DNA of 64,000 bases from NCBI GenBank assembly GCA_965637545.1, contig OZ281494.1:5704001-5768000 (forward strand). The letters run 5' to 3'. Under the pieces are notes generated by a model. It was not told the DNA's origin. It did not search any database and worked only from the letters and a program-made list of their open reading frames with translations. A program made the position numbers and the translations under genes. The stretch is from Phallusia mammillata. Its lineage: Eukaryota. Positions 11,340-24,100 of this stretch are shown here, piece by piece (the stretch's first letter is position 1; every line of letters starts with the position of its first letter).

Positions 11340-14300
11340 CTATGGAATCAAGAAGCTGTCAACTCTTAATAACCTTTCTCACATCTTATCTTACACTACA
11401 TCCTGCCACAATGTAAGAAATACTGAAACTGTTCCGTTTATATTAAACTCAGTGAGCGTGAAAATATATTGTGTTGTATGGAATGATATTTAGGTGTGTG
11501 TCTTATGTGGCAACAAAGTATTCTTTGCTGTGTCTGTGCAGGTTTATTTGTGCCAGAATGTGGCACTAGTTGATGGGGAGGTTTAGTTAAAGCGTTTGTT
11601 TATGGAAAGTTGCAATTCGAGTTGTAAATGTGTAGAAAGGCGACGATGTTGTTGATTATAGGCATTATTAATTTGTAATGAGAAAACATACATGTGAAGT
11701 TAAAATTAACAACTTTAGTAGCTATCCAGTAGGTTCTAGACTTTGTTTGCATAGGGGTTATTTTTAAAACGCGGTATACTGGAAAATGATTTTTACGAAA
11801 TCTAAATGTTTTATTCAATTGAGTTACTTCTTTTGTTTTAATCATTTTGTGATAAATGTTGCAACATTTATGGCTACGAAAGTAATGAGTGCTTTAAAAC
11901 TTTAAAACTACTTGTGTTTCAGTATAATTCACTTACGTGAAATCAACGATGACTGTAGCAAGGACGAATCGACGTCTTTGGATTTTTGGTACAATTTTGT
12001 GGATATCCGTCATCAAACTCTCCAAATCTCAAAGTTTGTTGACACGTCTTCTTGTTGTTTTTATAGTTACTATTATAACAATCAACTATTACACTATCGT
12101 CTTAATAAAGCCACTACTTGTTGCAACATTGTGGCTATTTGTTTCTGAGGTAAGCTGGGCTATTGGATTTAGACATATGTAATACATAACTTTTTTTGCA
12201 GGGGTCCAGACATGCTTGGCTGGCAACATGACAAAAGTGAATGCATCAATTAAACCACCTCGATCCTGCGCTCATAATACTTTGAATCTTAACGATGGAG
12301 GTAAGTTATGTGCATCTACCAAACGCGTGGCGTATCCATAGTTTAGAGTTCTTTCGGGTATCATGAAACGCGAGCGTCCCGGGGTAAAAAATGATGAGGA
12401 GATTAAAGTTGAGCACCGTGTTTTACTACAATATTATTTTATGTAAATATTATTTTATTAAATAAAGTCTGACCTAAACAAATCGTCGATATCAACACAA
12501 AACTACCTTGACCTGCGACAATAGCGGGCATTTTAATTGTGTTTTTTCAGTCTGTGTGTTTTGATAAAATGTTAGATTAGGACCAAAAGAATACTATGCT
12601 AGTAGGAATGTTGGTGTCAGTGCTTAGTTTAGATTGTTGTTGAGGAACAACCACATTGCTTTGAGCTAATAAATCAACACTATAACGTTTAAAACTGATT
12701 GTTTGGTAGAATTGTAATAGATTACGATAATTAGTTACAAGATTTGATTGAAGTCAATGCTTTGTTACAAGGTGTGGATTTGTAATATTGCATGTAATAA
12801 AATTTGTTTTCCAGATCAGTCAGCCATACAGATTGGAGGTAAGAAAAATCATTTAAAATGTTCAAAATAAGTAAAATTCTGAGGGTTAAATATTTAATTT
12901 ATTACCTTTCTTTGTTGAGGATTTTATAAATGTTCTCTGTTTTTTTATACGATTGTTTTTGGTGAGATAACAACCTTTGGCAAACGCTCTGGTGAATTCT
13001 ACCTTACGTAACTAATTTAGTTAACGAGGTTTGTTTTGGGATTGTTAAGAAAAAAACGGCAAATGCTGCTACAGCTATAGGAAAGGATCCTGCCTCGAGG
13101 CAACAACCTACCGTTTGGTGAGTGTACAAAATTAATACAGTAGTGTTTCGATTTGATAATTATGAGCAAAATATTCTGGCGAAATACATATGTATGTTTT
13201 GATATGTTCATATGTTTTGATCAGGAATGTGGAAAACATATTAGCCTAGATAAACGTAATTGTACGGAAAATGTGTGGTGTTTTTAGCGTTTGTTTTTGG
13301 CGATTGCAATGTCAAAAACCTCGAAAATTGGAACCAAGTGAATACCCTCTATCACAGCTTTAAAGTCGAAATCATAATTAAGAACGGAAATTGTAAGTAA
13401 CTTTGGTACTGTTTATGCAACATTTTTTAAAGTAAATTTTAGGTCAAAACGTTTCACGTTAAAGCTTCTCAAATAATTGTTATTAAATCAATTTGGCCCT
13501 CTGGTAAAAAAGTTTGGCCACCCCTGGTCTAATATTACACCTGATTTGGCGCAATAAGTTTTAACGGAAAACAGTAGAATTTAAAAAGTTAAAATATTCA
13601 AACATTATTAGAGATTCATATCAGCATTGGAAACTCTAAAGTTTATTGTGACAAAGACGACCGAAACGTATAATAGGACTATAAATTGAAAAAGTTCTTC
13701 GAAAATTTTACCCCACTGAACTGTGTAAACTTTCCAATTGTTTTTAGGAACCTGTTCGAAAGTGACTACTACCACGGCCATGATTTCACCCACCACAGCA
13801 TCTTCGTCTGGAGCTTCCCAAACCCATATCAGTCATAACAGCGTCAACGCAACTGTCCCACCTGGGCATAACTGTACGTCGATCACCGCAACTGAAGTTA
13901 CAACAAACGCTCAGCAGGAAGGTAACTGTTTTTTATTACTATGCTACAGGTACAAGTTGCTCGATAGTATTAAAACCAGAAGCAAAAGGTATGTGACATG
14001 TGTTTCAGAACTTCAAGACACAATAAACGAGGTTTTAGGTGGATTTGTCCAGCCCAATGCAACACAAACCAACGCAGAGTTGCTTAAAAGTTTGAAAAAG
14101 TTTGACGAGTTTGTAGTGAACTTGACCATTAACAACGCTGGCAACACAACAACCAAGTTATCGGTCCCTGGCATCGCTGAAATAGAATTCGGACAAATCC
14201 CTGACGTCAATCACATTTTTACCACCAATCTTGATTGATCAACTCAGCTACTGGAATTCAGTAGCATCGGGGGTCGTGGGAAGAGATCACCTTCTTTTAT

Positions 14301-17300
14301 TGTGTTTGTTTTCACGCAGTTTATATTCGAGCTTAGCAAGCTGCGACCGTTCTACGTTTTTCGCGACACAACCAGCTCCTTCTGGCAGATTGCAAACCAC
14401 ACATCGATTCATCCAAGCACCGCCGCCCCTTACCTACGAATTCAAGCATACCAGTTGCTTGATGGATCCCCAATCCACGTCAATGTAAAATTCAGTGTAA
14501 ACGTGATAGGTAAGTCTAACAGTTTTCATTATACACCAAAGTAGATGTCGTTAATTAGCTTCGCAGCATAGTAATCTGCTGTTGTTGTTAACGGCATGCG
14601 GGGTCATGTTACAAAATATCAGGACGCCTAGAGCGGAAATATTTGTCACAACCAGTCAGTGTTAGCTGTCTGCTATGAAAGAGACTCTTCTGATTAAAAT
14701 ACCGACTTGACGTTTATCCACATACACAATTTAACGCACACACATTACAATCCAACCTTACTGTTCTATAATATCGCTAATGAGCAAATTAAAAATAAAT
14801 TGTTACAACATTGCTGCATATAGCCGATTTTTGTATCACCCAACAATCATAAGAAATGCATGCCCACGTCGAGTCATAGAGTTTGTTTGGCAAAACAAAT
14901 GCAAAACATCTGAAATGTAGCATATTGTGTCAATAAAATGTAACTTGGTTTGCAGTTGACTCGACATTGGAGGAAGAAGCACCACGAAAGTTGTTCGACG
15001 TTTACAGATCGTGGTACAAGATATCGTGGTTTCAGTTCATCTGCTTACGTCTGGATTATAATGCAAGTCGTTTCACACGCGATGGTTGCATGGGACAGTC
15101 AGTTTACGGAATGGTGACGTGTTCGTGTGATCAACCTGGTTTCTTCACTGTGGCTCCGCAAATCGTCGCACAAGTCAGACCCGATGGAATCAGTGTAAGT
15201 CGAACCGTTCAAATGTACTTAAATTAATTTGTGTTTTTTATCCCTAGTTTTTTGGTCAATCTGTCTCAAAAAAACAACCCAGAAATTGTGTTTGTAGTTA
15301 AAAACAACAACAACATGCATTATTTTAGGTAATTTTCTTCGGTGGATTAGTAGTAGGTCTTGTCGTTCTCTTTCTCACGTGGATGGCACTTCTCAAGTTC
15401 AGTGTACAGGTGGAGTGTGACCGAATCGCAGTGCAAATAAGCTTTGTCTGTGCCCTCTTTTTTTTGCACATTGTTCTCTTGTTCGAAGGACTGTCAATAA
15501 ATGGAAAAACACAGTGTGAAATGGTCACATTTTTCTGCCATTACTTTATGATGACCACCGGTAAGTTTAAAAATATCAACTATTTATTGCTCGACTAAAC
15601 ATAACTTGCATATCCGGTATAGTCAAACATGTACAATTTTATCAAATTACTTGGCATTTGGGACTGTAATATTTTTTGTGTCAGGACTTCTGGCTCTCGC
15701 CGATGGAGCGACGATCCTCGCCAACTTGAATCCTCGATCTCTTCGATTCAAACGTCAAAATCCGGGTCGCCTCCTTCAAATTCAGCTCGCTATATGTTTG
15801 GGAATTCCCCTTATCATAGCTGTCGTCACAATTGCCGTCGCGCTTCCACAAGTCGATTACATCTCGATGAGCGAGTACGGATACGAGCGTTGCTGGATCA
15901 ATCACGGTTCCATTGCCCTTGTTGCCGGGGTAACCGTTCCCATAGCAATTATCTTTATTGCTTGTTTCTTGCTGGCAATTCTGATCGGCGCCTTTGCTTC
16001 CCGAGCAAAGCCAAACTCCCCGGACGCAGCTCACCAGGCAACCACCTATGACGCCATGACAGTTTATGACGTAGATAATGATCACGTGTTCCGGATGTTG
16101 GTGGAATACGTGATGACGTGCTTTGCTTTGCTGGTGCCGTGGATCAAGTACTTTATACCAGGTTGGTGCGTCACAAACTCAGCTTTTGCTTGGTTTATCT
16201 GTTGTAATGCAGCATTTAATGAGTAAAACATCGTTTATTTTATTTCCCAATATTACTTTAATACTGCAGTTACGTTTAGGGCATAATAAATTGTTCTTTT
16301 TCATTTCACTTGGGTGCTCCAAAATATTAAGTGTTTACACATTGTTTTTTCTTTTTAGGAATTCACAACATTGAAGTCACTCTGGCTGATATGTACGTCA
16401 CTATGACGTTAATCGGCTTACAAGGAGTTTTTGTCTTCATTATCTATGTCATCGTGAGTCCAGATGTAAGACGCACGTTCTGCGGAAAAGGCACAAATTA
16501 TCCTGAGCGGTACAAGCTTTACTGGTACGGACAAGAGAGAGATCCAGATCCAATTCCTCTTGAAACTTTTGAGGAAAACATTTAAACATTTCCTTGCCCA
16601 TGACGTGTTCGTTACGCCATGTGGGCATAATACTGTAATGACAGTTTTATATTGATGCTTTTAATACGGATTTTGAAATGTATTTTTATCTTTGTTATCT
16701 TCTGTCAGCGATAACAGAAATTCAATACAAACGTTCGCAAAAAAATTATGATTTATTTGCATTAAACTGTTGATAAACATTGCGACAGTTCGTAATGGAA
16801 GCACAAGTTGTTAAATTTCTTTTGTTTTTTTACCTTTTGTTGTTTACAATTTGATTTACAAACGTACTTTACTGTTTTTTAAGCAACATTAGGTTATTAC
16901 AACTTGACGTTAGTGTTTAATTTGTTGTTGTTTCGTTTGAACTGATTTGCATTACGATTTAAAAGTTAGTAATTTGTTCGGCGCCAAGGGCATAATTTGT
17001 CGTTTTTTATTCACGAGCTTGGTAGAGTTTATAATGTGTTTTTTACGTAATAGTAATTTCCGTTAATGTATATTATTCCCCGAATTTGAATGGCAATGTT
17101 TTTTGAGACTTTTGTTTTGACGCTATTCTTTCTCAGTCATACATATGCACCATTCTCTTTTATTTAATTGACAAGTTTTATTTTTTTTACTTTGGAATTT
17201 CTAAGCAACATTTGTCAAACAACAGGAAAATGTTTTTTACAAAAAGCATTTTTTGGCAGCTAACTTGCAAGACTTTTTGGGTTTAAGTACCTGACTAGCA

Positions 17301-17860
17301 AAACAGCATTTCTGGGTTAACACAACTCATGCACCTCAACAGGCAAAGGAATTGAGTGCTACAAATGTGCCACAGACGGAAATTACTCGAAAGAAAAGTA
17401 CAAGACAGTGATCAATCAAAAACCAAAGTACACGAAACATAATTATAAAAAATATTGGGTCACAATGTTGTACAGTGTTCATGAGGTCACGATATAAAAA
17501 ACTTATTTTTATATTTGAATATTTAAAACATCATTACAATGAGTGTAATTTTGGAATAAACCACCCTTTGCTAGAACTACCAATGGGATAAAGAAAAAGG
17601 AAGCTGTCTTGATTTTAACTGTTCCTATTGTAAAACAAGGCCAACATATAGATTATGCGGAAAAAAGCATCATGACTCAACACATTTTGTTCGAGAAATA
17701 ATTAAAATGTGGTTGAAGAAATACATGTACATGTTGTATTGGGCAACACAACAAAAATATCTCTATAAACCTAATTATCTGTTACGTTGTGCATAATTAT
17801 CACTTGAAGCGTATACAAAATAAATAAATACATGCATACTATTTAGAATCTGATATTTGA
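11340..17860. repeat. Segmental duplication, copy A (paralog of ~28289-36852)
   Basis: Homology runs from upstream non-coding sequence (CTATGGAATCAA) through all exons and many introns to CTATTTAGAATCTG. Ends are approximate. Confidence 0.9.
11949..16585 (+). pseudogene. Adhesion (class B2)-like GPCR, copy A, disabled
   Basis: Exons: ~11949-12033 (signal, uncertain), 12202-12300, 12815-12838, 13050-13117, 13288-13392, 13748-13921, 14009-14509, 14956-15194 (GPS-like), 15329-15560, 15685-16161, 16359-16585 (TM7 LQGVFVFIIY). Lesions: TGA at 14236-14238 where copy B has GGA; exon 4 is one base short at the donor; the homolog of B's 39-nt exon is not recognisable. Confidence 0.8.
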
Positions 17861-18013
17861 AAAAATTCATTGAGCTGATTGCAACTGCAATCAAAAGGAT
17901 TAAATTAAAACTAATTCGGTCAAATAGAGATTGCAATGAGATGAAATACTTTCTTCAATTCACAAATTTTTATTTTACAGTGTCATAACGTTTTTACAAT
18001 ACTGTTCTATTAG

Positions 18014-19286
18014 ACCAAAGTGACAACCGCATTAAAGTCTTGCCGCCATTTGGCGAGGTTTGTGAGGGCAATGACTACAATAGCTTTGGTGATCTTGATT
18101 TCAGGGATGTGCAAAAATATTTTAAGAGGACACCACTTTGTGTAAGTAATCTGTTAGTTTCAGTACACGAATTTGTTTTTGTTTTCCGGTTTTGTAGGAA
18201 ACGGAACCACATATGTTTTGACTTAAGGACATACCGACATTGTATCATAGGTTGCTTTAAATTTGAACATATTTGATACTGCATGGTGTTGAACTATACC
18301 AACAATTAGGGTCCCACCAACTGGAAATTTACTAAACTTACAGATTAATTTAGAGGTTAATAGGTTACACCAATTAGCAGAATAGAACAACTTTTCTGTA
18401 TAACAGATGAATAGTAAAGACGTTATGCGTTCTGCCTTGGATGACTGGATGAAACGGGATCAAGAAAAAAGTAAACGTCAGTACTTGATACAATGTGGGG
18501 AATCAACAGAAAGAGGTTAATATCGTCAATTACCAAACGAAAACAAATCGTGATTTTCACAAATCTATTATTGACCAAAATTTAATGTTGAATACAGATA
18601 GACAAATCACAGCTAACCCAATCTTCGTTAGTTAGACCAAATACCCCCAATGAGAAGCAATTATTCAATAAATGGCAGGATGTAAACAATTGTAATGTGT
18701 CAGTACCGACATTGTTATTTGTGTTTATGATGTCATGCACTGTTTTCTATTTGGTTTCCTTTCATTAGTTTATTTTTCATGACATACATATACCGTTACG
18801 ACGTAAGCTTTTTTGGTCCATGTCATATACTGATTGTATTATGCAATGATCATTTGGCACAAAAACTAAGCACAACTGTGGTACTTGTAGGATCATCGAG
18901 TCGATGCGGTTATGACTGCTCATTGTGTAGCGCTGTGGAACGACAGCCGCACCATCACCTTCAAACTTTACAGGAAACATTTCCGCTTTTTCACGACCTG
19001 ACTTGTGAGGACAGCGGGGTCGCAGTCCTTACTTGTAGGTTGTGTGCAGAACAACATGTGGTACGAGCCGATGAACAAACTTTCGAGGCAAGGTTTGTTG
19101 ACATACGATCAAAGTTCAAAACAAAAAATAATGGAAAATTTGTGGAGCATTTTACCAGCAGTGTATGGGAACCCTTCTCCAATGCAGCCTAAACTTAGCG
19201 ATTACTACTCTGTAATGTTTGTGGAACGTTCCACCGTCAAAAGGGACTGGAAAAAGAAGATCGATGCCAAAATAAATGCTAATTGA
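18014..19286 (+). pseudogene. Unidentified spliced coding-like region with two in-frame TGA codons; 5' end missing
   Basis: Phase-compatible GT-AG exons 18014-18141, 18198-18250, 18769-18802 and 18891-19286. TGA at 18219-18221 and 18999-19001. Translation includes VLPPFGEVC, DHRVDAVMTAHCVALW and GCVQNNMWYEP. Family not recognised. Confidence 0.5.
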
Positions 19287-21111
19287 CCTTTAATAGGAAA
19301 GTAAATTAAGAAAAACAACGACGTGGGTGGGATGAAAAAATCGAATATTGATGTCTTAGTAAACGTTTTTACTTGATATTTGATAATTTAGTATTTGGAA
19401 ATATATTAACCATGGTCGTAAATCAGGCCAATTTTTCCGGTCAGATTCGTATTTGCTCTTGAACAAAACAGGCTTGCTTCGGGGCTGGCTTTACACTTGG
19501 CCACGCTGTGTCGCAATTTCACTTTGGTAATTCTTAGTTTTGCGCCTAAACTGGCTCATACGTTTGGATTTCGGGCCGAGTTCAAACTCTAACTTTGCGA
19601 CCGTCTACTACTGTGACATAAAACTATAATAACTTGTATGTACTGTAGTAACTTGATTGTGAGATAAGCTGTACTTGTGAATATATCGTGTACATGACTT
19701 GTAGTTAAAATACAATCTGTGTAATGACATCATTATTTGGATTTCGAAGCTGTGTCTGTTCAGGTAGTACTCTTGCACTTGTGTTGTAGATTTAAGATTT
19801 TTTTGTAGATTTTTTTAGGGTGTATGATTTATTTCATACAAAAGCCTAATACGAAATTACTACTAAAAAAATCGATGGAGAAGGACAGTACTAAACTTGT
19901 CATGAATTCGGAATGGATGTAGAAACTGACTCAGCACGATTTGCAGCATGTGGTGAGCCACGAATCGCTACTATAAGTAGACATTTGGGCCACAGACCGA
20001 AAAACGATATTCTTGTTTATTTGGCTTTATCATTTGAAAGACTTTAGTTATTTTATCTCTCATCTTGTAAGTTGTAAGGCAAATAGGCGATTGTAAAGTA
20101 TCCTTATTTCCGTTTACATTTTAAGATTATTTGTGGTATCATAAACAGGCACAAAGTGCTAGCTAACAATACGGTTTTACAAGTCTTTTATTGACTGTTT
20201 CAATAAGTTTAAAAACACAAATCTGTCCTCTGGCTTGCAGGTGCGCCAATTCAAGACGTGCACTGTAACCTTACTTAGAACCGGTTTGAATTGCTGACTT
20301 CGAGAAGCGTTGTGGTCAAAGGCACATGGTGGATCAAGTAAATATTTTTTCTGTTTTGCTGAACAAAAGGGACGAGAAAAACATTTTCTCAAATCGACTT
20401 AAGCTATGAAACCAAGCAAACTTCGTTGCGTCACGAATAAACATCCAACCCTTGAAGGGAAACTAAAGAAAACTGCACAAATTCTTTGTGAATCTAAAGC
20501 TTCGTGAGATTAATATTATCAAGGTCAGATCACGTTTCACGCCCCATTGTCAGATCTAAGGAAGTTTGAACTCGTCGTGTGTTTAGTTTTGTATATTTTT
20601 GTTAAAATAAGTTTAAAGAAGTTGTTTTGAGTTTCTGTTTGAGCAGTGAGCTAGTGAATCGAAGTTGATTATATTTTGATGGCTACCTCGAGAAATATAA
20701 CTGTAAATTTTCAGTCTATTGCAGGTGTTAGAAATGCGTTAAACGTTAGGGATTTATATAAGCCGACGTTTCGACGTCATATACAGGTCGCTTTCATCAA
20801 GGTAAATAACACTGAATGCGCGTGGAACAAGATCAAGGATTTATTTCCTTAAAGCTGTATTTCGGATACGTTCCCTTATATAATTTAAAACGATAATCGG
20901 TTTCTATGCAAAGTTTTAAAGCAAGTCCGGTGCAATAATAAATACACTGATTTTTCATAATACTGGGTAAAATGTAAATAAGATCGATTTTCATTGATGT
21001 TTTATCGCACAATGCAAAGCCAAGTCGGTGACCAAATTATTCTCACCAACTTTGTTACCGATGTCATGTATTTAAATTTTCGCAGATTGAGTGCTGCTCG
21101 AGTATAACATA

Positions 21112-24100
21112 ATGGCCAAAGTTGGGATCCTACTGTATCTATGCTGTATTTTTATAAAACAAGGTAAGAGCTAGAGCAGGGTTTCAAATATATTAACAGC
21201 TAACGACGGTACATTATACACGAGGGTCTGAAAACCCATTTTTGGCGAAGAACATACAAAAGTTCCACAAGCGAACATTTGTTTTTGTAGTAAGCAGCGC
21301 TCCTGGTAAGTCACTCTGCAGAGAGGAGGACGGCTACCATCGCTGCGTTGGATCCAGCTTGTGTATTCCGCGGTATATGGTTCACGATTATCACCCAGAC
21401 TGCCCGGGAACTGACAAAAGCGATGAATATATGGGTTCGTGATTTGTTTTGAATGGTTGATGTGGCATATCTGCACAAGTGCATGAACATTAAATGCAAA
21501 GACATTGGGATGGTTTTGTGTCGCTTGCAGTGTTTCTTTGTGATACAAGTGCCACACAACAGCAAAACTTTATGCTGCAAAAAAATCAAATATGAAAGTT
21601 TGTAACCGGTTTTCAGAAAACTTATCAAATGAATCACTTTATAATAATTTCACTCACTATCATTATTTGTCCAAAGATTCCCTCAAATGCAATGACGATG
21701 AATTCGTCTGCCGCCTTTCAAAAAAGTGCGTACCTCGGCATCTGGTTAACACACCGGAAAGCTGCAAACTTAACGAAATCTTGGTTTTACCATGCAGGAA
21801 TGATTCAGGTAAGATGAGAGCAAAACACATTAAAAGTTATTCACAGTCAACACTCGCGTCTGGAAAAATATTGTGTCAATAAATTGGGCGACTCCATTTT
21901 CCATCAGGAGCAAACCAAAACGACTGATATGACTCGATCATTGACGTTTGTTTGTTATAGAGTTCACATGCAAGCGAAGCAGGATTTGTATTCCACGTTG
22001 GCTGGTGCAAAACGGAAAGCGTGACTGTGACACGATGGTGGTACGGGACGGAAGTGACGAAGAAATGAGTCTCGCCTCGTGCGATATCTCAGAATTCTCT
22101 TGTTTCAAAAACAACACTGCTCCCCTGCAATGCATTCCAAGAGAATGGGTTCTGGACGGCGTAAATGACTGCACAAATGGACGGGATGAAGTTGACAAGT
22201 TGACAAGTTGTCACAATGACACTGAATTTCGATGCCAGACAAATGGGAGATGTGTGGCAAGATATCGAGTATTAGATGGATTTAACGATTGTCCCGATGC
22301 TTCTGATGAGAAGCAAGCTCTCAAATGCAGTCCAGACAAAGAGTTCCAATGCAGCGACAACGGTCGTTGTATTCCTCGCTCGTGGCGAGGCAACACATTC
22401 GTGAACTGCAAAGACGGAAGTGACGAAGTTCCGTTGACAATGAGCGACACTTGTGTGGAGGGAGAGTTCCGTTGCAACAACAGCAAGCGATGCATTCCCA
22501 ACTACTTGTTGTGCGACGGCATGGATCACTGCGGTGACTGCAGCGATGAGATTGAGAGCTGCAACGAGCCGAGGATGATTCGCTGCTCAAATGATCCTGG
22601 CACTTGCGTTGTCCGGACTTACTCGTGTGATGAATACTCAGATTGTCCAGGAAGTACCGAGGACGTGCGACAAGTTACCGGTTTTAAATGTAACAAGCAG
22701 ATCGCTGGGCTTGACAATCGCCTTGAATACTGCGTAATTCCACAATGGTCGTTAACAGACGAATATCCAAACTGCCAAGACTCATCCGACTTATGTTTTG
22801 TAAACGGAACTTTCAATTGTCACCGCTGTCTGTATTCTGACATCATCATCTCACCAAAGCAGTTGTGTGACGGAATTTTCGACTGTCCAGATGTCACAGA
22901 CGAATGCCTTTGCGCACAGAGTGTCCCAGCATCGGCTTCGTCAAGATATCTGTGTGATAATGTTTGCAACGGAGTCCCTGGAAGCTCACCCTGCATTTTC
23001 TGTAGTCAAGGACAAGTTAAATGCGGTTCTGAAAACGTTTGTATTGCCAAGTCGCAAGTTTGTGACGGTAGAGTAGATTGTCCAATCACGAAGCTTGACG
23101 AGCTGAATTGTGGGAAACAGACCAAACAGAGCAGCATCATAAATATTCCTGACTTTCAATGCAACGTCATTAATTCTGAAGTACGAGCTTTTGCTACACT
23201 TGTTATAGACAAGGACCTTGTTAACTCTTTTGTTCCAGTTCAAGCTAAAAGGTAAGATCAAGTCTTCGAATTAAAAGCAAAACAGTAAATCGGAAATACA
23301 ACTTCCGAAAAAAAATAAAAATTCACTGCGGTACAATTTTGGCTCTTACAAAATATATTTTGCAAAACTTTATAGTTTTAGATTCGACGACAAAACGAAA
23401 ATGCAAGATAAAATCTTGTGTGCTTTGTACTTTGCAGGTGTGATGGTATTGTTGAATGTTCTGTGTTTGAAGACGAATGCAGCGAAAGAGCAAACTGCAG
23501 AAACCGACTTTCAGTGTGCGACCAAATTGCCGGTCATCACGTAAGTTTTATAATCTCAAAAAATCTCATTTGCAACATCAAATGGTTATTATTTCTATGC
23601 TGATTCCAGAAGTTCAATTATTTCGGTTTTGCGTTACAGCCTTTTCCTAGTTTGACTCAGTACTTTGTTGTCTTTTGTCACGACAAAGCACAAAGTGAAG
23701 ACAAAGCACGCACAGTGATCACGGTGTGTATTTGTTTATGATTTTCAGTTCCAAGTTCCTGCAAGTATGATTGGAGGTCAGCAAGTATGGTTTGAATTGA
23801 GAAAGTGCACTCCGTTGTTGGACCTAATCTTCGGTAAATCGGTTTGCAACGGGATAGACGAATGCAGAGAAGGATACGACGAAACAAATTGCCCCAACCA
23901 CTTTAAGTGCAACGCCGGCAAAGTGAGCTCTATACTTCAAGGTAATATTTAAAGTTTGTGTACCTAAGATTTATTCTGGAGAAAGTAAGAAAGTTTTTTT
24001 GTTTTTTAACTTCGTTAGCAACACTTTTCTTAACATCGTCAGCAAAACATCGTTTTAATAGTCACACATTTAGAGCAAAAAACTAAACCTCAGTTGTCAA

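Noticed and set aside
13490-13526. Orphan MITE right ends (also ~27330-27396 and ~63315-63346)
   Set aside because: Partner TIR and TSD not found, so they are not listed as elements.
18407-18520. Short ORF MNSKDVMRSALDDWMKRD resembling a BACK-domain helix
   Set aside because: Too short, on the opposite strand to the Kelch gene, and does not splice in phase with the neighbouring exons.
19680-19720. ATGA...AAAA hairpin as a SECIS for the 18-19 kb gene
   Set aside because: The stem is too short and the 3' GA of the kink-turn is not in register.
21076-21111. Splice acceptor 26 nt upstream of the LDLa-GPCR ATG as a trans-splice site
   Set aside because: Cannot be distinguished from an ordinary 5' UTR intron without transcripts.
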